Positions 8,941 to 18,147 of a stretch of 64,000 nt of DNA are shown piece after piece. The notes below the pieces were generated by a model. The model saw nothing but the letters and a program-made list of their open reading frames with translations, was not told where the DNA came from and made no database searches. Origin of the DNA: Candidatus Liptonbacteria bacterium (GTDB taxonomy: Bacteria; Patescibacteriota; Minisyncoccia; UBA6257; 2-01-FULL-56-20). Position numbers and translations under genes: made by a program. Within the stretch, counting starts at the first letter, position 1. Every line of letters begins with the position of its first letter. The DNA is taken from contig JAHFLL010000001.1 in assembly GCA_023244895.1 (NCBI GenBank), forward strand, positions 553,802 through 617,801. The letters run 5' to 3'.

Positions 8941-9732
8941 CTAGCCGCCCCCCGCCGCCATTTTTACGATTTCCGGGTTAACTATATCCGCCATCTCCTC
9001 GTATGGAATATCTAGCGATTGCGGACCAGCCACATAGGGCGCTACCTGATACACATTGAAGATTAGCGTAAGCCTATCCTTGCCAAAATTATACACGACA
9101 TAATTCTCCGGATTGGGCTCTGTGCCGGACATCACAAACTCTTCTACGTAATATTCCTGCATTTTATCTTTCAAGATGGTCCTGGATTTTTCCGAAAGGA
9201 AAGACAAGTAGTTACTGTCTTTACGGAACAAGTCCGCTAAAATTATGGGCTTATTTTCTTTGAGATTGTAATTGAAGGAAGAGATTACTCCTAGTCCGTG
9301 GGCGGATCCGGAAATGTAAGAGTACGAGCTAAAGTTTAGGCTGAGCAAGTCGCGGGTCTGATTTACAATCTCATATCCGGAATCAAAGGTGCTCGCATGC
9401 TCAAAGCCCTCCAAGGCCATTTCTGAAACCTGTTTCTTAAATTCTCCTACCTGACGTTCCATTTCTTGCTGGATAAAGTTGTTCACGCTTGCGTCCACTT
9501 CCCTATTCTTCAGGTCGGAAAATACCGGATACTTAACGGATACTTTATAAGTAGTGGTACTTTCCTTTATTTCCAGATCCTTATGGGTCGGATCGGGCGC
9601 GGATTGGGCGGGGCTAGGAATTGTCGTCTGGGGATTTATTTTCGGAGGTGCTATAACCAAAACCCAAATCAGCCCGGCAAGAGCTAAGCCTCCTAAAACT
9701 ATTAAACCAAGCAAAATAAATCTGTTTTGCAT
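8941..9732 (-). CDS. Hypothetical membrane-anchored extracytoplasmic protein (possibly DUF4163/DUF3298-like)
   Basis: N-terminal TM (FILLGLIVLGGLALAGLIWVLVI), then a Pro-rich linker and a soluble domain; family assignment is a guess. Confidence 0.45.
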   Translation of the reverse strand: MQNRFILLGLIVLGGLALAGLIWVLVIAPPKINPQTTIPSPAQSAPDPTHKDLEIKESTTTYKVSVKYPVFSDLKNREVDASVNNFIQQEMERQVGEFKKQVSEMALEGFEHASTFDSGYEIVNQTRDLLSLNFSSYSYISGSAHGLGVISSFNYNLKENKPIILADLFRKDSNYLSFLSEKSRTILKDKMQEYYVEEFVMSGTEPNPENYVVYNFGKDRLTLIFNVYQVAPYVAGPQSLDIPYEEMADIVNPEIVKMAAGGG

Positions 9733-9824
9733 ATTCTATTATCCTAAACTTTATCCCATAAAACGCAAAGCGGAGACGGGATAAATCCCATCTCCGCTCA
9801 AGGCCAATTCCAACCACTCCAATC

Positions 9825-10220
9825 TTACTCCGTGGTCTTGCCGTCAAAATGCTCTTCTTGGGCGGTTGCTTCCGCCTTGGTGGCGCGCAGAATACCGTCT
9901 TGATGTTCCGGCGGAGAGTAAATAGTATAGAGCTTCATCGGCTCCGTCTGCGAACCATTTATGATGTTGTGGCGCGCGCCGGCCGGAACCACGATGGCGG
10001 AACCATCCGCAATCACATGCTCTACTCCATCCAAAACCGCCTTGCCCACTCCCGCTTCCACCCGCAAGAACTGGTCCAAAGTATGCACCTCCTCCCCAAT
10101 GTCCTCCCCGGGCGCCAAGCTCATCACCACCAATTGGCTATGTTTGCCGGTATAGAGCACCTTGCGGAAGTTGGTGTTGTCTATGGTTATTTTCTCAATG
10201 TTGTCTACGTATCCTTTCAT
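9825..10220 (-). CDS. Cupin-domain protein
   Basis: 131 aa; two cupin motifs (GEDIGEEVH..., IVVPAGARHNIIN). Confidence 0.6.
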   Translation of the reverse strand: MKGYVDNIEKITIDNTNFRKVLYTGKHSQLVVMSLAPGEDIGEEVHTLDQFLRVEAGVGKAVLDGVEHVIADGSAIVVPAGARHNIINGSQTEPMKLYTIYSPPEHQDGILRATKAEATAQEEHFDGKTTE

Positions 10221-10250
10221 AATTTTATTTGGTTTTTATCGACCAAATCA

Positions 10251-10469
10251 TTATAGCACCTCCAAGACCTTGTTTCTCCCCTTCCCGCCGCGTGATATAG
10301 AAATAAGACTCTGCGGAACCCCCAGATGCTTGGCCACCGCTTTTATAACCGCCCGGTTCGCCTTGCCGTCCGTGGGCGCGGCAGTAACCCAAACCTCTAG
10401 AGACCCGTTATCCAATTGGATCACTCTTTCCGAGCCGGAGCTTGGCTTAACCTTTATGCTTAATCTCAT
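10251..10469 (-). CDS. YggU/DUF167 family protein
   Basis: 72 aa; LEVWVTAAPTDGKANRAVIKAVAKHLGV matches the DUF167 core. Confidence 0.75.
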   Translation of the reverse strand: MRLSIKVKPSSGSERVIQLDNGSLEVWVTAAPTDGKANRAVIKAVAKHLGVPQSLISISRGGKGRNKVLEVL

Positions 10470-10517
10470 ATATTTAATCTTGGAACAATACCTATAAAGT
10501 ATGCTAAAGTCCTAAAT

Positions 10518-11690
10518 ATGAAAAGAGCCCTTATTCTATTCTCAATCGCCTTCTTTATCCTGCCCCAAATATCCCTTGCCGCATCCGCCAAGTTTACTTA
10601 TGGCGCCTGGATTCCATTCTGGAAAAAAACCTCGGGCGTGCAGGAGATAACCGACCACATCATCCAATTCCAACAGATAAGCCCCTTCTCCTACGAAACC
10701 GACAAGACCGGCAAGCCGATAGATAAACTGAAGATAGACGAAGGTTTTTGGCCGATGTGGCTTTTGGCTATTCGCGACCTCAAAATAAAAGTAATTCCTT
10801 CTATCGCCTGGTTTGACGGAGATGGCCTGCACGCGCTCTTGTCCAATACTAAAAATCGGCGCGCTCACGCGGACAACCTGGTCAAACTCGCGGTAGATAA
10901 AAAATTTGATGGCATAGATATTGATTATGAGAATAAAAACACCGAGACAAAAAAATATTTCTCTTTATTCATAGAAGGACTTTCCCAAAAATTACACGCT
11001 AAAAAGAAAATCCTGACTTGCACCATAGAGCCACGCATGCCACTCGCGGATAAATTTAAAGTTGTGCCCGCCGACCCCGGCTACGCTAATGATTATGTGG
11101 CGATAAATAAATACTGCGACCAGGTGCGCATTATGGCTTACGACCAGGGCGTAATTGACCTAAAACTGAACGCTAAAAAGGGTCAAGCCAATTTCTACGC
11201 TCCGGTAGCCGACCCGGAATGGGTCGCGAAGGTTATTAAAGAAACGGCCAAGACCGTGAGTCGCAAGAAAATAATCCTTGGTATCCCAACCTACGGCTAC
11301 GAATACGAGGTGGTCCGTTCCGGAGATTCTCTAATTTATAGGAGAATGCGCAGTCATACCTACTCCCAAGCCATAGAGCGCGCGAGCTCGCTCGGCCTCA
11401 CGCCCTATCGCAACAATGCCGGTGAAATGAGCTTCATTTACACGACCAGCACTACCGCTCAGATTTCCAACGCCCTGACCTTTCGAGTAGACCTTGGTTC
11501 CACCTCTACTATAACCACGACCACCAACACCTCCTCAACTCCGGTTATAAGCCAGAGGTTTGTAAGCTATACCGACGCGCAAGCGATAAAAGATAAAATT
11601 GATTTGGCCAAAAAGGAAGGTTTAGCGGGAGTAATTTTGTTTAAGCTGGACGGCGAAACCGACCCCGGGCTTTGGGAAAAGATTAAGTAG
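10518..11690 (+). CDS. Secreted glycoside hydrolase family 18 (chitinase-like)
   Basis: Signal peptide; GH18 catalytic motif FDGIDIDYE (DxxDxDxE). Confidence 0.7.
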   Translation: MKRALILFSIAFFILPQISLAASAKFTYGAWIPFWKKTSGVQEITDHIIQFQQISPFSYETDKTGKPIDKLKIDEGFWPMWLLAIRDLKIKVIPSIAWFDGDGLHALLSNTKNRRAHADNLVKLAVDKKFDGIDIDYENKNTETKKYFSLFIEGLSQKLHAKKKILTCTIEPRMPLADKFKVVPADPGYANDYVAINKYCDQVRIMAYDQGVIDLKLNAKKGQANFYAPVADPEWVAKVIKETAKTVSRKKIILGIPTYGYEYEVVRSGDSLIYRRMRSHTYSQAIERASSLGLTPYRNNAGEMSFIYTTSTTAQISNALTFRVDLGSTSTITTTTNTSSTPVISQRFVSYTDAQAIKDKIDLAKKEGLAGVILFKLDGETDPGLWEKIK

Positions 11691-11791
11691 TTAGAACTTA
11701 GGACTTAGGACTTAGCGGAGGGGGCTTAGTCGCCAAGATTCGCATACCTAAACGAAGGGGGTGTTTTTTAGTTATCCCCAATGGGGCATAT

Positions 11792-11821
11792 TTGACACAT
11801 ATACCCCCCTGGGGGTATTAT
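11792..11821 (+). promoter_or_regulatory. Promoter (TTGACA-18-TATTAT) with an embedded inverted repeat ATACCCCC-ct-GGGGGTAT, candidate CsoR operator
   Basis: TTGACA at 11792-11797, palindrome 11801-11818, TATTAT 11816-11821, immediately upstream of csoR. CsoR operators are GC-rich pseudo-palindromes overlapping the promoter. Confidence 0.5.
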
Positions 11822-11827
11822 AGAAAT

Positions 11828-12094
11828 ATGATAAAAAACAACAAACACAGACTTGTCCGGCGTCTCAAAATCATTGAGGGCCAGATTCGGGGCCTGCAGG
11901 AAATGCTCCTTAAAGATAAGTATTGCATTGATGTCATCACTCAAACCAGCGCCGTAAAGCAGGGCTTGTCCAGCATTGAAGATATTCTCATGGAAAACCA
12001 CCTGGGCACATGTGCCCTGCACCAGATGCAGTCCGGTCAGGTAGAGAAGGCTAAAAAAGAAATACTCAAGGTCTATCAGCTAAAGAGAAAATAG
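11828..12094 (+). CDS. csoR: Copper-sensing transcriptional repressor, CsoR/RcnR family
   Basis: Conserved Cys..His..Cys pattern (YCIDVI...H...C); ORF tracker start at 11792 is probably an over-extension, ATG at 11828 gives about 88 aa. Confidence 0.75.
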   Translation: MIKNNKHRLVRRLKIIEGQIRGLQEMLLKDKYCIDVITQTSAVKQGLSSIEDILMENHLGTCALHQMQSGQVEKAKKEILKVYQLKRK

Positions 12095-12099
12095 GCTTT

Positions 12100-14358
12100 A
12101 TGGCGAAACAAATTTTAAAAATAAAGGGCATGCACTGCGCGAGTTGTGCGGGCATTATTGAGAATAGGATATCCAAATTAGAAGGAGTAAATAAGGTCAG
12201 TGTTAACTTCGCGTCCGAGAAGGCTTTCATAGATTCGGACAATGCTAGCCTAGACCAAATGAATGATGTAGTCGGCAAGCTCGGATATACGCTCTATTCC
12301 GAACACGAAGAGATGGACGTAGATCACTCTGTTCATGTAATGGACAAGGGAACGGAAGAAAGCAAATTACAAGAACTCAAGTCTCAAAAGATGAAAGTGG
12401 CGTTCTCCTTCCCGCTGGCCATCTTAATGTTCGGGCTCATGATGTGGGACATAGCCACGAAATACTTCCCCACCCTACCGGCGACACCAATCTCTATGGA
12501 ACTTTTGAACGCTCTTAGCATGATCCTGGCCAGCATAGTCATGTTCTGGGTCGGCCAACCGTTTTTATTGGGCGTTCTCAGGTTTATTCGCTATCGAGTC
12601 GCGAACATGGATACCTTGGTCGGTATCGGAACACTTTGCGCCTATGTTTATAGCGCCCTCATCACCCTATTACCGTCCCTACGCGTGGCGCTGGGCAATC
12701 CTAGCAATACCTATTTTGACGTCACTATCGTGGTTATAGGATTCGTAACTTTGGGCAAATATCTGGAAGCTAAATCCAAGCTTAGAACCGGCGAGGCCAT
12801 AGAAAAACTGCTCGGCCTACAGGCTAAAACCGCTTTAATCTGGCGGGACGGCAAAGAGCTGGAGATACCCATCGCGGAGGTTGTCGTGGGAGATATCATT
12901 ATCGTCAAACCGGGCGGCAAAATCCCGGTGGACGGTAAAATAGTTGAGGGGCGGTCCTCAATAGATGAATCTATGATCTCGGGTGAGTCCATCCCGGTTG
13001 ATAAAAACATAGGAGACTTAGTGCTCGGTGCAACCATCAACAAGCAGGGTAGCTTCAAATTCCAAGCCGCAAAAATAGGATCAGATACTGTGCTCGCGCA
13101 AATAATCAGGATGGTAGAAGAAGCCCAAGGATCCAAGGCTCCCATCCAAGCTCTGGCCGACAGGGTCTCCGCTGTCTTCACCCCTATTGTACTTGTCGTA
13201 GCAACACTGTCCCTTATCGTCTGGTTAGGGGCAGGATATTCCACTCTGGGATTATCCTCCGCCCTCTCCTACGGGATACTTTCTTTTGTAGGAGTCTTGG
13301 TTATAGCCTGCCCCTGCGCCTTGGGCCTCGCAACGCCTACCGCAATAATCGTGGGCGTGGGCAAGGGCGCAGGCCAGGGAATTCTTATCAAGAATGCGGA
13401 AAGCCTAGAAAAGCTTAGTAACGCAGATACGATCGTGTTGGACAAGACCGGCACCATCACTAAGGGTCAGCCGGAAGTAAGCGATATAGTGGTTTTAGAA
13501 AAAGATATTAAGGAGAGAGAGTTGCTTCAACTAGCGGCTAGTGTAGAGAAAAAATCCGAGCATCCGCTCGCGCAAGCGATAACGGACAACGCTGTAATGA
13601 AAAATATCGCCATCTTACCCACAGATAATTTTTCCGCCCAAGAAGGAGTTGGAGTAACAGGGGTGGTGTCAGGTAAAAACATTTCCGTGCGCAAGCCGGG
13701 CAGAGAGGACAACGAACCACGGCTAAAAGAGTTGCAGAATGAGGGCAAGACGGTAGTAGTATTAGAGATAGACAATCGTAAGGCGGGGTTAATTGCTATA
13801 AGCGACACCCTTAAAGACGAGGCCAAAGAAGCGATTACCAAGATTCACAAAATGGGCATTAAGGTAATCATGTTAACCGGCGACAATCGCTCCGCCGCGG
13901 AACATATTGCCAAACAGGTAGGCATAGATGAAGTGATTGCGGAAGTGCTACCCCAAGAGAAAGCCGAGAAGATAAAATCTCTTCAGGCTCAGGGTCGCAA
14001 AGTTATTATGGCGGGAGACGGCATAAATGACGCGCCAGCACTTACCCAGGCGGATGCAGGCATTGCCATGGCGACTGGCACGGATGTCGCCATTGAATCG
14101 GCCGGTATCACTCTGCTCCACGGAAATATTGGTAAAATTTCCCAAGCGATAGAATTGTCTCGTGCTACTATCCGCACGGTGCGGCAAAATCTCTTCTGGG
14201 CATTTATCTACAACGTGGTCGGTATTCCAATCGCGGCCGGAGTCCTCTACCCCATCTGGGGAATATCGCTCAATCCTGTCTTCGCGGGATTAGCCATGGC
14301 TTTTTCTAGCGTGTCCGTGGTTGGAAATTCATTAAGATTAAAAACTAAAAAAATATAA
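12100..14358 (+). CDS. copA: Copper-translocating P1B-type ATPase
   Basis: N-terminal HMA (GMHCASCAG), CPC transmembrane motif, DKTGTIT phosphorylation site, GDGINDAP. Confidence 0.92.
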   Translation: MAKQILKIKGMHCASCAGIIENRISKLEGVNKVSVNFASEKAFIDSDNASLDQMNDVVGKLGYTLYSEHEEMDVDHSVHVMDKGTEESKLQELKSQKMKVAFSFPLAILMFGLMMWDIATKYFPTLPATPISMELLNALSMILASIVMFWVGQPFLLGVLRFIRYRVANMDTLVGIGTLCAYVYSALITLLPSLRVALGNPSNTYFDVTIVVIGFVTLGKYLEAKSKLRTGEAIEKLLGLQAKTALIWRDGKELEIPIAEVVVGDIIIVKPGGKIPVDGKIVEGRSSIDESMISGESIPVDKNIGDLVLGATINKQGSFKFQAAKIGSDTVLAQIIRMVEEAQGSKAPIQALADRVSAVFTPIVLVVATLSLIVWLGAGYSTLGLSSALSYGILSFVGVLVIACPCALGLATPTAIIVGVGKGAGQGILIKNAESLEKLSNADTIVLDKTGTITKGQPEVSDIVVLEKDIKERELLQLAASVEKKSEHPLAQAITDNAVMKNIAILPTDNFSAQEGVGVTGVVSGKNISVRKPGREDNEPRLKELQNEGKTVVVLEIDNRKAGLIAISDTLKDEAKEAITKIHKMGIKVIMLTGDNRSAAEHIAKQVGIDEVIAEVLPQEKAEKIKSLQAQGRKVIMAGDGINDAPALTQADAGIAMATGTDVAIESAGITLLHGNIGKISQAIELSRATIRTVRQNLFWAFIYNVVGIPIAAGVLYPIWGISLNPVFAGLAMAFSSVSVVGNSLRLKTKKI

Positions 14359-14360
14359 CT

Positions 14361-15386
14361 ATGTCCGAGCAAAAAACATACACTTTTCACGTCAGCGGCA
14401 TGCACTGTAAGGCCTGCACCCTACTGATAGAAGAAAATCTTAAGGAAGCCAAGGGGGTAAGCGCCGTTACCGCTGACTTAGCGCGTAATCAGGTTGTTGT
14501 TACCGGAGAATCGGAGCTGGAACCGATCTTGCTCGCGGAAGAACTTACCAAGCTGGTCAAAAACAATGGCTACACCATATCGCTTGAGGCGCCTGCGCCC
14601 AATCGCAAGTGGGCGGATTTTAAGTACGCCTTACCAATCGCGGGGATAGTTATTGCTCTATTTCTGTTTCTTCAAAAATTGGGCCTAGTGAACCTGATTA
14701 ATTCCTCGCAAGTAGGCTACGGCACCGCGCTTTTAATCGGATTAATCGCATCCGTGTCAACTTGTCTCGCGGTAGTAGGTGGATTAGTACTATCCGTTTC
14801 CGCGAACTACGCTAAAACTGGCGGGAGCGCTCGTCCCCAGATTTTTTTCCACATGGGTCGCATCCTTAGCTTCTTTGTGTTGGGCGGACTGTTGGGCGGA
14901 CTGGGTAGCTCCTTCGCCTTAGGACAAACCGGCACGCTTATTTTAAGTATCTTCGTGGGATTGGTCATGTTGCTCTTGGGAATAAATCTTTTAGATGTTT
15001 TTCACGTTGCCCGGCGGCTCACAATCTCTCTGCCCAAATCTTGGTCTAAGATAAGCAAACCGAAAATGACCGCGCAGAACGCGCTTATGCCTTTCCTTCT
15101 GGGCGGAGCCACCTTTTTTCTACCCTGTGGATTTACGCAGGCTATGCAAATTTACGCGCTCACAACCGGCAATTTTATGCAGGGCGGACTCATAATGCTT
15201 GTATTCGCCCTCGGCACCTTGCCCATGCTCGCGCTCTTATCTTTTAGCTCGGTTAATATCAACAATAAACCCTGGCGCGGAATATTCTTTAAGGCGGCCG
15301 GAATATTAGTGATTGTTCTCGCCATCTTTAACCTATTAAACGCTCTCGCAGTTACTGGTATGATTAACCCCATATTTAATTTTTAG
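14361..15386 (+). CDS. HMA metal-binding domain fused to a polytopic membrane domain (DsbD_2/TauE-like), putative copper handling
   Basis: GMHCKACTLL HMA motif at the N-terminus; six or more hydrophobic helices with Cys inside the helices (VSTCLAV, LPCGF). Confidence 0.55.
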   Translation: MSEQKTYTFHVSGMHCKACTLLIEENLKEAKGVSAVTADLARNQVVVTGESELEPILLAEELTKLVKNNGYTISLEAPAPNRKWADFKYALPIAGIVIALFLFLQKLGLVNLINSSQVGYGTALLIGLIASVSTCLAVVGGLVLSVSANYAKTGGSARPQIFFHMGRILSFFVLGGLLGGLGSSFALGQTGTLILSIFVGLVMLLLGINLLDVFHVARRLTISLPKSWSKISKPKMTAQNALMPFLLGGATFFLPCGFTQAMQIYALTTGNFMQGGLIMLVFALGTLPMLALLSFSSVNINNKPWRGIFFKAAGILVIVLAIFNLLNALAVTGMINPIFNF

Positions 15387-15392
15387 GCAGCT

Positions 15393-15788
15393 ATGGAAAA
15401 AAACACTTCGCTCGCGCTTTTATTGGGGACGTTTCTCGTCTTGTTCGCTATTTGGTACGCCAGCTCTGGCTCGCCTCCCAACAATCTCCCTCCCTCCCCT
15501 ACTTCAGTCTCAATCGTAAACGGCGTCCAAATAATAGAAGTTTTAGCGCGGGGAGGATACTCTCCTAGAAGCATAGAGGCTAAGGCGGGCGTGCCCACCG
15601 TGCTTAAGGTCAAAACTCAAAACACCTTTGATTGCTCCGCTGCTCTAGTTATCCCTCAAATGAGTTATCGTAAAGTACTCTCTCCCTCCGGCACAGAAGA
15701 AATACAAATACCGACCGAAAAAGCCCAGGGCACACTCAAGGGCATGTGCGGTATGGGCATGTACGGATTTGAGATAAATTTTCGCTAA
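15393..15788 (+). CDS. Membrane-anchored cupredoxin-like small protein, putative copper binding
   Basis: N-terminal TM, beta-rich C-terminal domain with a Cys/Met motif (MCGMGMYGFEI); last gene of the copper operon. Confidence 0.4.
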   Translation: MEKNTSLALLLGTFLVLFAIWYASSGSPPNNLPPSPTSVSIVNGVQIIEVLARGGYSPRSIEAKAGVPTVLKVKTQNTFDCSAALVIPQMSYRKVLSPSGTEEIQIPTEKAQGTLKGMCGMGMYGFEINFR

Positions 15789-16043
15789 GCCTGGCCAATA
15801 ACCCGCAGATAAACCCATCCTCCCAAGAAGGCCAAGGAGGTCATTATTAAAAAGAAAACCGTCCCTTCTATGATGTGGGGTAGATATTTACGCAACTTAC
15901 GCATATACGCTTAATTCTAATATAAAAACATATTTCGGGTTAGTGTCTCGCGTCAATCTTTATATAGACGAGCAATTGGACTATGCGGAGAAAAAAGATA
16001 TAATTTCTGAAACAGCTTGTATTAAAAAATAACTCACAAAAAC

Positions 16044-16292
16044 ATGGAAAGAATTAGTCCCCTCCCGGGAGATGACCCTGAAAAAATAAGGTTGGCCAAT
16101 GCCCTCTTGGCGGAGAAGGAAAGCGAATTGGCGCTAGCGGCAACGAATAAGGGTTTATCTCAGATGGCAAAAGACCCCAAAGAGAAAGATAAAATTCGTA
16201 AAGAGATGGAAGCATTGGGAGTTAAGTTTTATCCCAACGTGCCTGCGTCCCAGAACCAGAAGCCTTCCCCGGATAATAGGATCGGCGGCTAG
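16044..16292 (+). CDS. Hypothetical 82-aa protein
   Basis: ORF only; charged and helical; no motif. Confidence 0.3.
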   Translation: MERISPLPGDDPEKIRLANALLAEKESELALAATNKGLSQMAKDPKEKDKIRKEMEALGVKFYPNVPASQNQKPSPDNRIGG

Positions 16293-16308
16293 CTTTATCT
16301 CTTAAATA

Positions 16309-17268
16309 CTAGTCCACTTTTATCTTAGACAAGAAAACTTGGACCGCCTTTACCTGGTCAAAATTATGGATGGAGACGGTTAGAATTTCCTTCTTAACCG
16401 ATTTCAGGGATTTTTTTATTTCCGCTATCTTCTTTTCATCCACCGTATCCGATTTGGAGAGAATTATGTATTCTGATTTCTTCAAAAGTTTTTTGCTGTA
16501 CGTGCCTAATTCTTTGCGGATTATTTTGTAATCCCTAAGCGCGTCATCCGTTCCGCAATCAATAAAATGAAAGAGTGTTTTGGTCCGCTCAATGTGACGC
16601 AAGAATTTTACGCCCAATCCCTTGCCGGAAGACGCTCCCTCAATAATACCCGGGATGTCCGCCAGGATCAGATCGTGATAAACACCGAGATGCGGCTCGA
16701 GCGTGGTAAAGGGATAATTCGCGACCCTGCTTTGGGAGTTCGTCATCTCGTTCAAAAAACTGGACTTACCCACGTTGGGCAGTCCGATTAAGCCAATATC
16801 CGCTATCAGTTTAAGTTCCAAGTGCAAATCAAATTCCTCGCCGGGCAGGCCGGATTGGAACTGTTTGGGAGAAGTGTTGGTAGATGATTTGTATTGATAA
16901 TTCCCTTTGCCGCCCTTGCCGCCCTTCGCTATTAATATCCTCTCACCCGACTTGGTCAGCTCAAATTCCTCACCGGAAGTTAAGTTTTTTACCCAAGTTC
17001 CGCGCGGAACCGGTAGAATCAAATCCTGACCGTCGTGGCCGTCTCTTAGAGCAGAACGACCGTCTCTGCCGTCTTCCGCCCGAAAGCTCTTCTCGGAGCG
17101 ATATTTGCGCAAAGCGCCTATATCCACCACCGCTTCTAGATAGACGCTGCCTCCCCTGCCTCCACTCCCGCCGGTCGGACCAAGGGTCATTTTTACGCCA
17201 CTAAAAGTAGACGCGCCTACGCCGCCATGACCACCCGACACCTTTAGGGATATGTTATCTATCAACAT
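16309..17268 (-). CDS. obg: GTPase Obg
   Basis: Obg fold N-terminal Gly-rich domain (GGHGG, GGSGGRGG), G1 GLPNVGKSS, G3 DIPG; start trimmed to MLIDNISLKV because the longer ORF overlaps uppP. Confidence 0.88.
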   Translation of the reverse strand: MLIDNISLKVSGGHGGVGASTFSGVKMTLGPTGGSGGRGGSVYLEAVVDIGALRKYRSEKSFRAEDGRDGRSALRDGHDGQDLILPVPRGTWVKNLTSGEEFELTKSGERILIAKGGKGGKGNYQYKSSTNTSPKQFQSGLPGEEFDLHLELKLIADIGLIGLPNVGKSSFLNEMTNSQSRVANYPFTTLEPHLGVYHDLILADIPGIIEGASSGKGLGVKFLRHIERTKTLFHFIDCGTDDALRDYKIIRKELGTYSKKLLKKSEYIILSKSDTVDEKKIAEIKKSLKSVKKEILTVSIHNFDQVKAVQVFLSKIKVD

Positions 17269-17352
17269 CGTTTCTGCAGTATAGAGGAGGAGTGGATATA
17301 AATCCAATTGAAACTGTTCCAGTTTTGCCGTTACTAGACTATAATTATCCGC

Positions 17353-18129
17353 ATGCTCACATTTATTTCCGCGCTCATCTTGGGAGTAATAGAAGGATTC
17401 ACGGAATTTCTGCCCATATCCTCCACCGCTCATCTTAATTTGGTTTCCAACTTGCTGGGGCTAGAGCAAGACAACTACTTGAAAACTTTTGAGATTGCCA
17501 TTCAGAGCGGCGCGATTCTGGCCGTTCTGTTTTTATACTGGCGCAAATTTACCAACAAGGACGTTCTAAAGAAATTGGTCGTGGCCTTTATCCCGACCGG
17601 TATCTTGGGACTTGTCCTCTACCCTTTTGTTAAAGAATATATGATTGGTAACACCACCTTGGTCTTGTGGTCGCTCGCGATTGGCGGATTACTCTTACTG
17701 CTGTTTGAAAAAGTTCATCTGGAAAACGACCAAGCCCAGGACTTGGCGCACATAGACTACAAAAAGTCTCTCTGGATAGGACTCTTCCAATCTCTCGCCA
17801 TGATTCCGGGAGTCTCGCGCGCGGGCGCGACCATCGTGGGCGGAATGCTACTGGGCTTACGCCGGGAAATAATCGTGGAGTTCTCCTTCTTATTAGCGGT
17901 ACCGACTATGCTTGCCGCAACCGGACTTGACCTCTTAAAGAACTGGGAATTTTTCTCCCCGGACCAATTCTATCTTTTGGGAATTGGACTCCTGGCGTCT
18001 TTCTTTATGGCAGTTTTGAGCATTAAGTTCCTTCTAAGTTATATCCGCCGGCACGACTTTACCGTCTTTGGCATATATCGCATTCTCCTGGTGGTAATCT
18101 TTCTCCTAATCGGCTGGTTCGGCTGGTAA
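17353..18129 (+). CDS. uppP: Undecaprenyl-diphosphatase
   Basis: 258 aa, 8 TM; SSTAHL and GVSRAGATIVGG motifs of BacA/UppP. Confidence 0.85.
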   Translation: MLTFISALILGVIEGFTEFLPISSTAHLNLVSNLLGLEQDNYLKTFEIAIQSGAILAVLFLYWRKFTNKDVLKKLVVAFIPTGILGLVLYPFVKEYMIGNTTLVLWSLAIGGLLLLLFEKVHLENDQAQDLAHIDYKKSLWIGLFQSLAMIPGVSRAGATIVGGMLLGLRREIIVEFSFLLAVPTMLAATGLDLLKNWEFFSPDQFYLLGIGLLASFFMAVLSIKFLLSYIRRHDFTVFGIYRILLVVIFLLIGWFGW

Positions 18130-18147
18130 TGTGGTAAAATTCAAGCA

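Noticed and set aside
12711-13244. 177-aa minus-strand ORF inside copA, and similar antisense ORFs in recG, nrdJ, pilB, rpoC and topA
   Set aside because: All lie fully within well-supported conserved genes on the opposite strand; typical shadow ORFs.
15785-15904. 39-aa hydrophobic minus-strand ORF (MRKLRKYLPHIIEGTVFFLIMTSLAFLGGWVYLRVIGQA) after the copper operon
   Set aside because: No Shine-Dalgarno, overlaps the cupredoxin-gene stop, and lies below any reliable size threshold. Possibly a real small membrane protein, but unsupported.
16309-17433. Long Obg ORF call overlapping uppP by 80 bp
   Set aside because: Obg family proteins start at the M-x-I-D motif. The internal Met at 17268 (MLIDNISLKV) removes the overlap, so the upstream 55 codons are most likely not translated.
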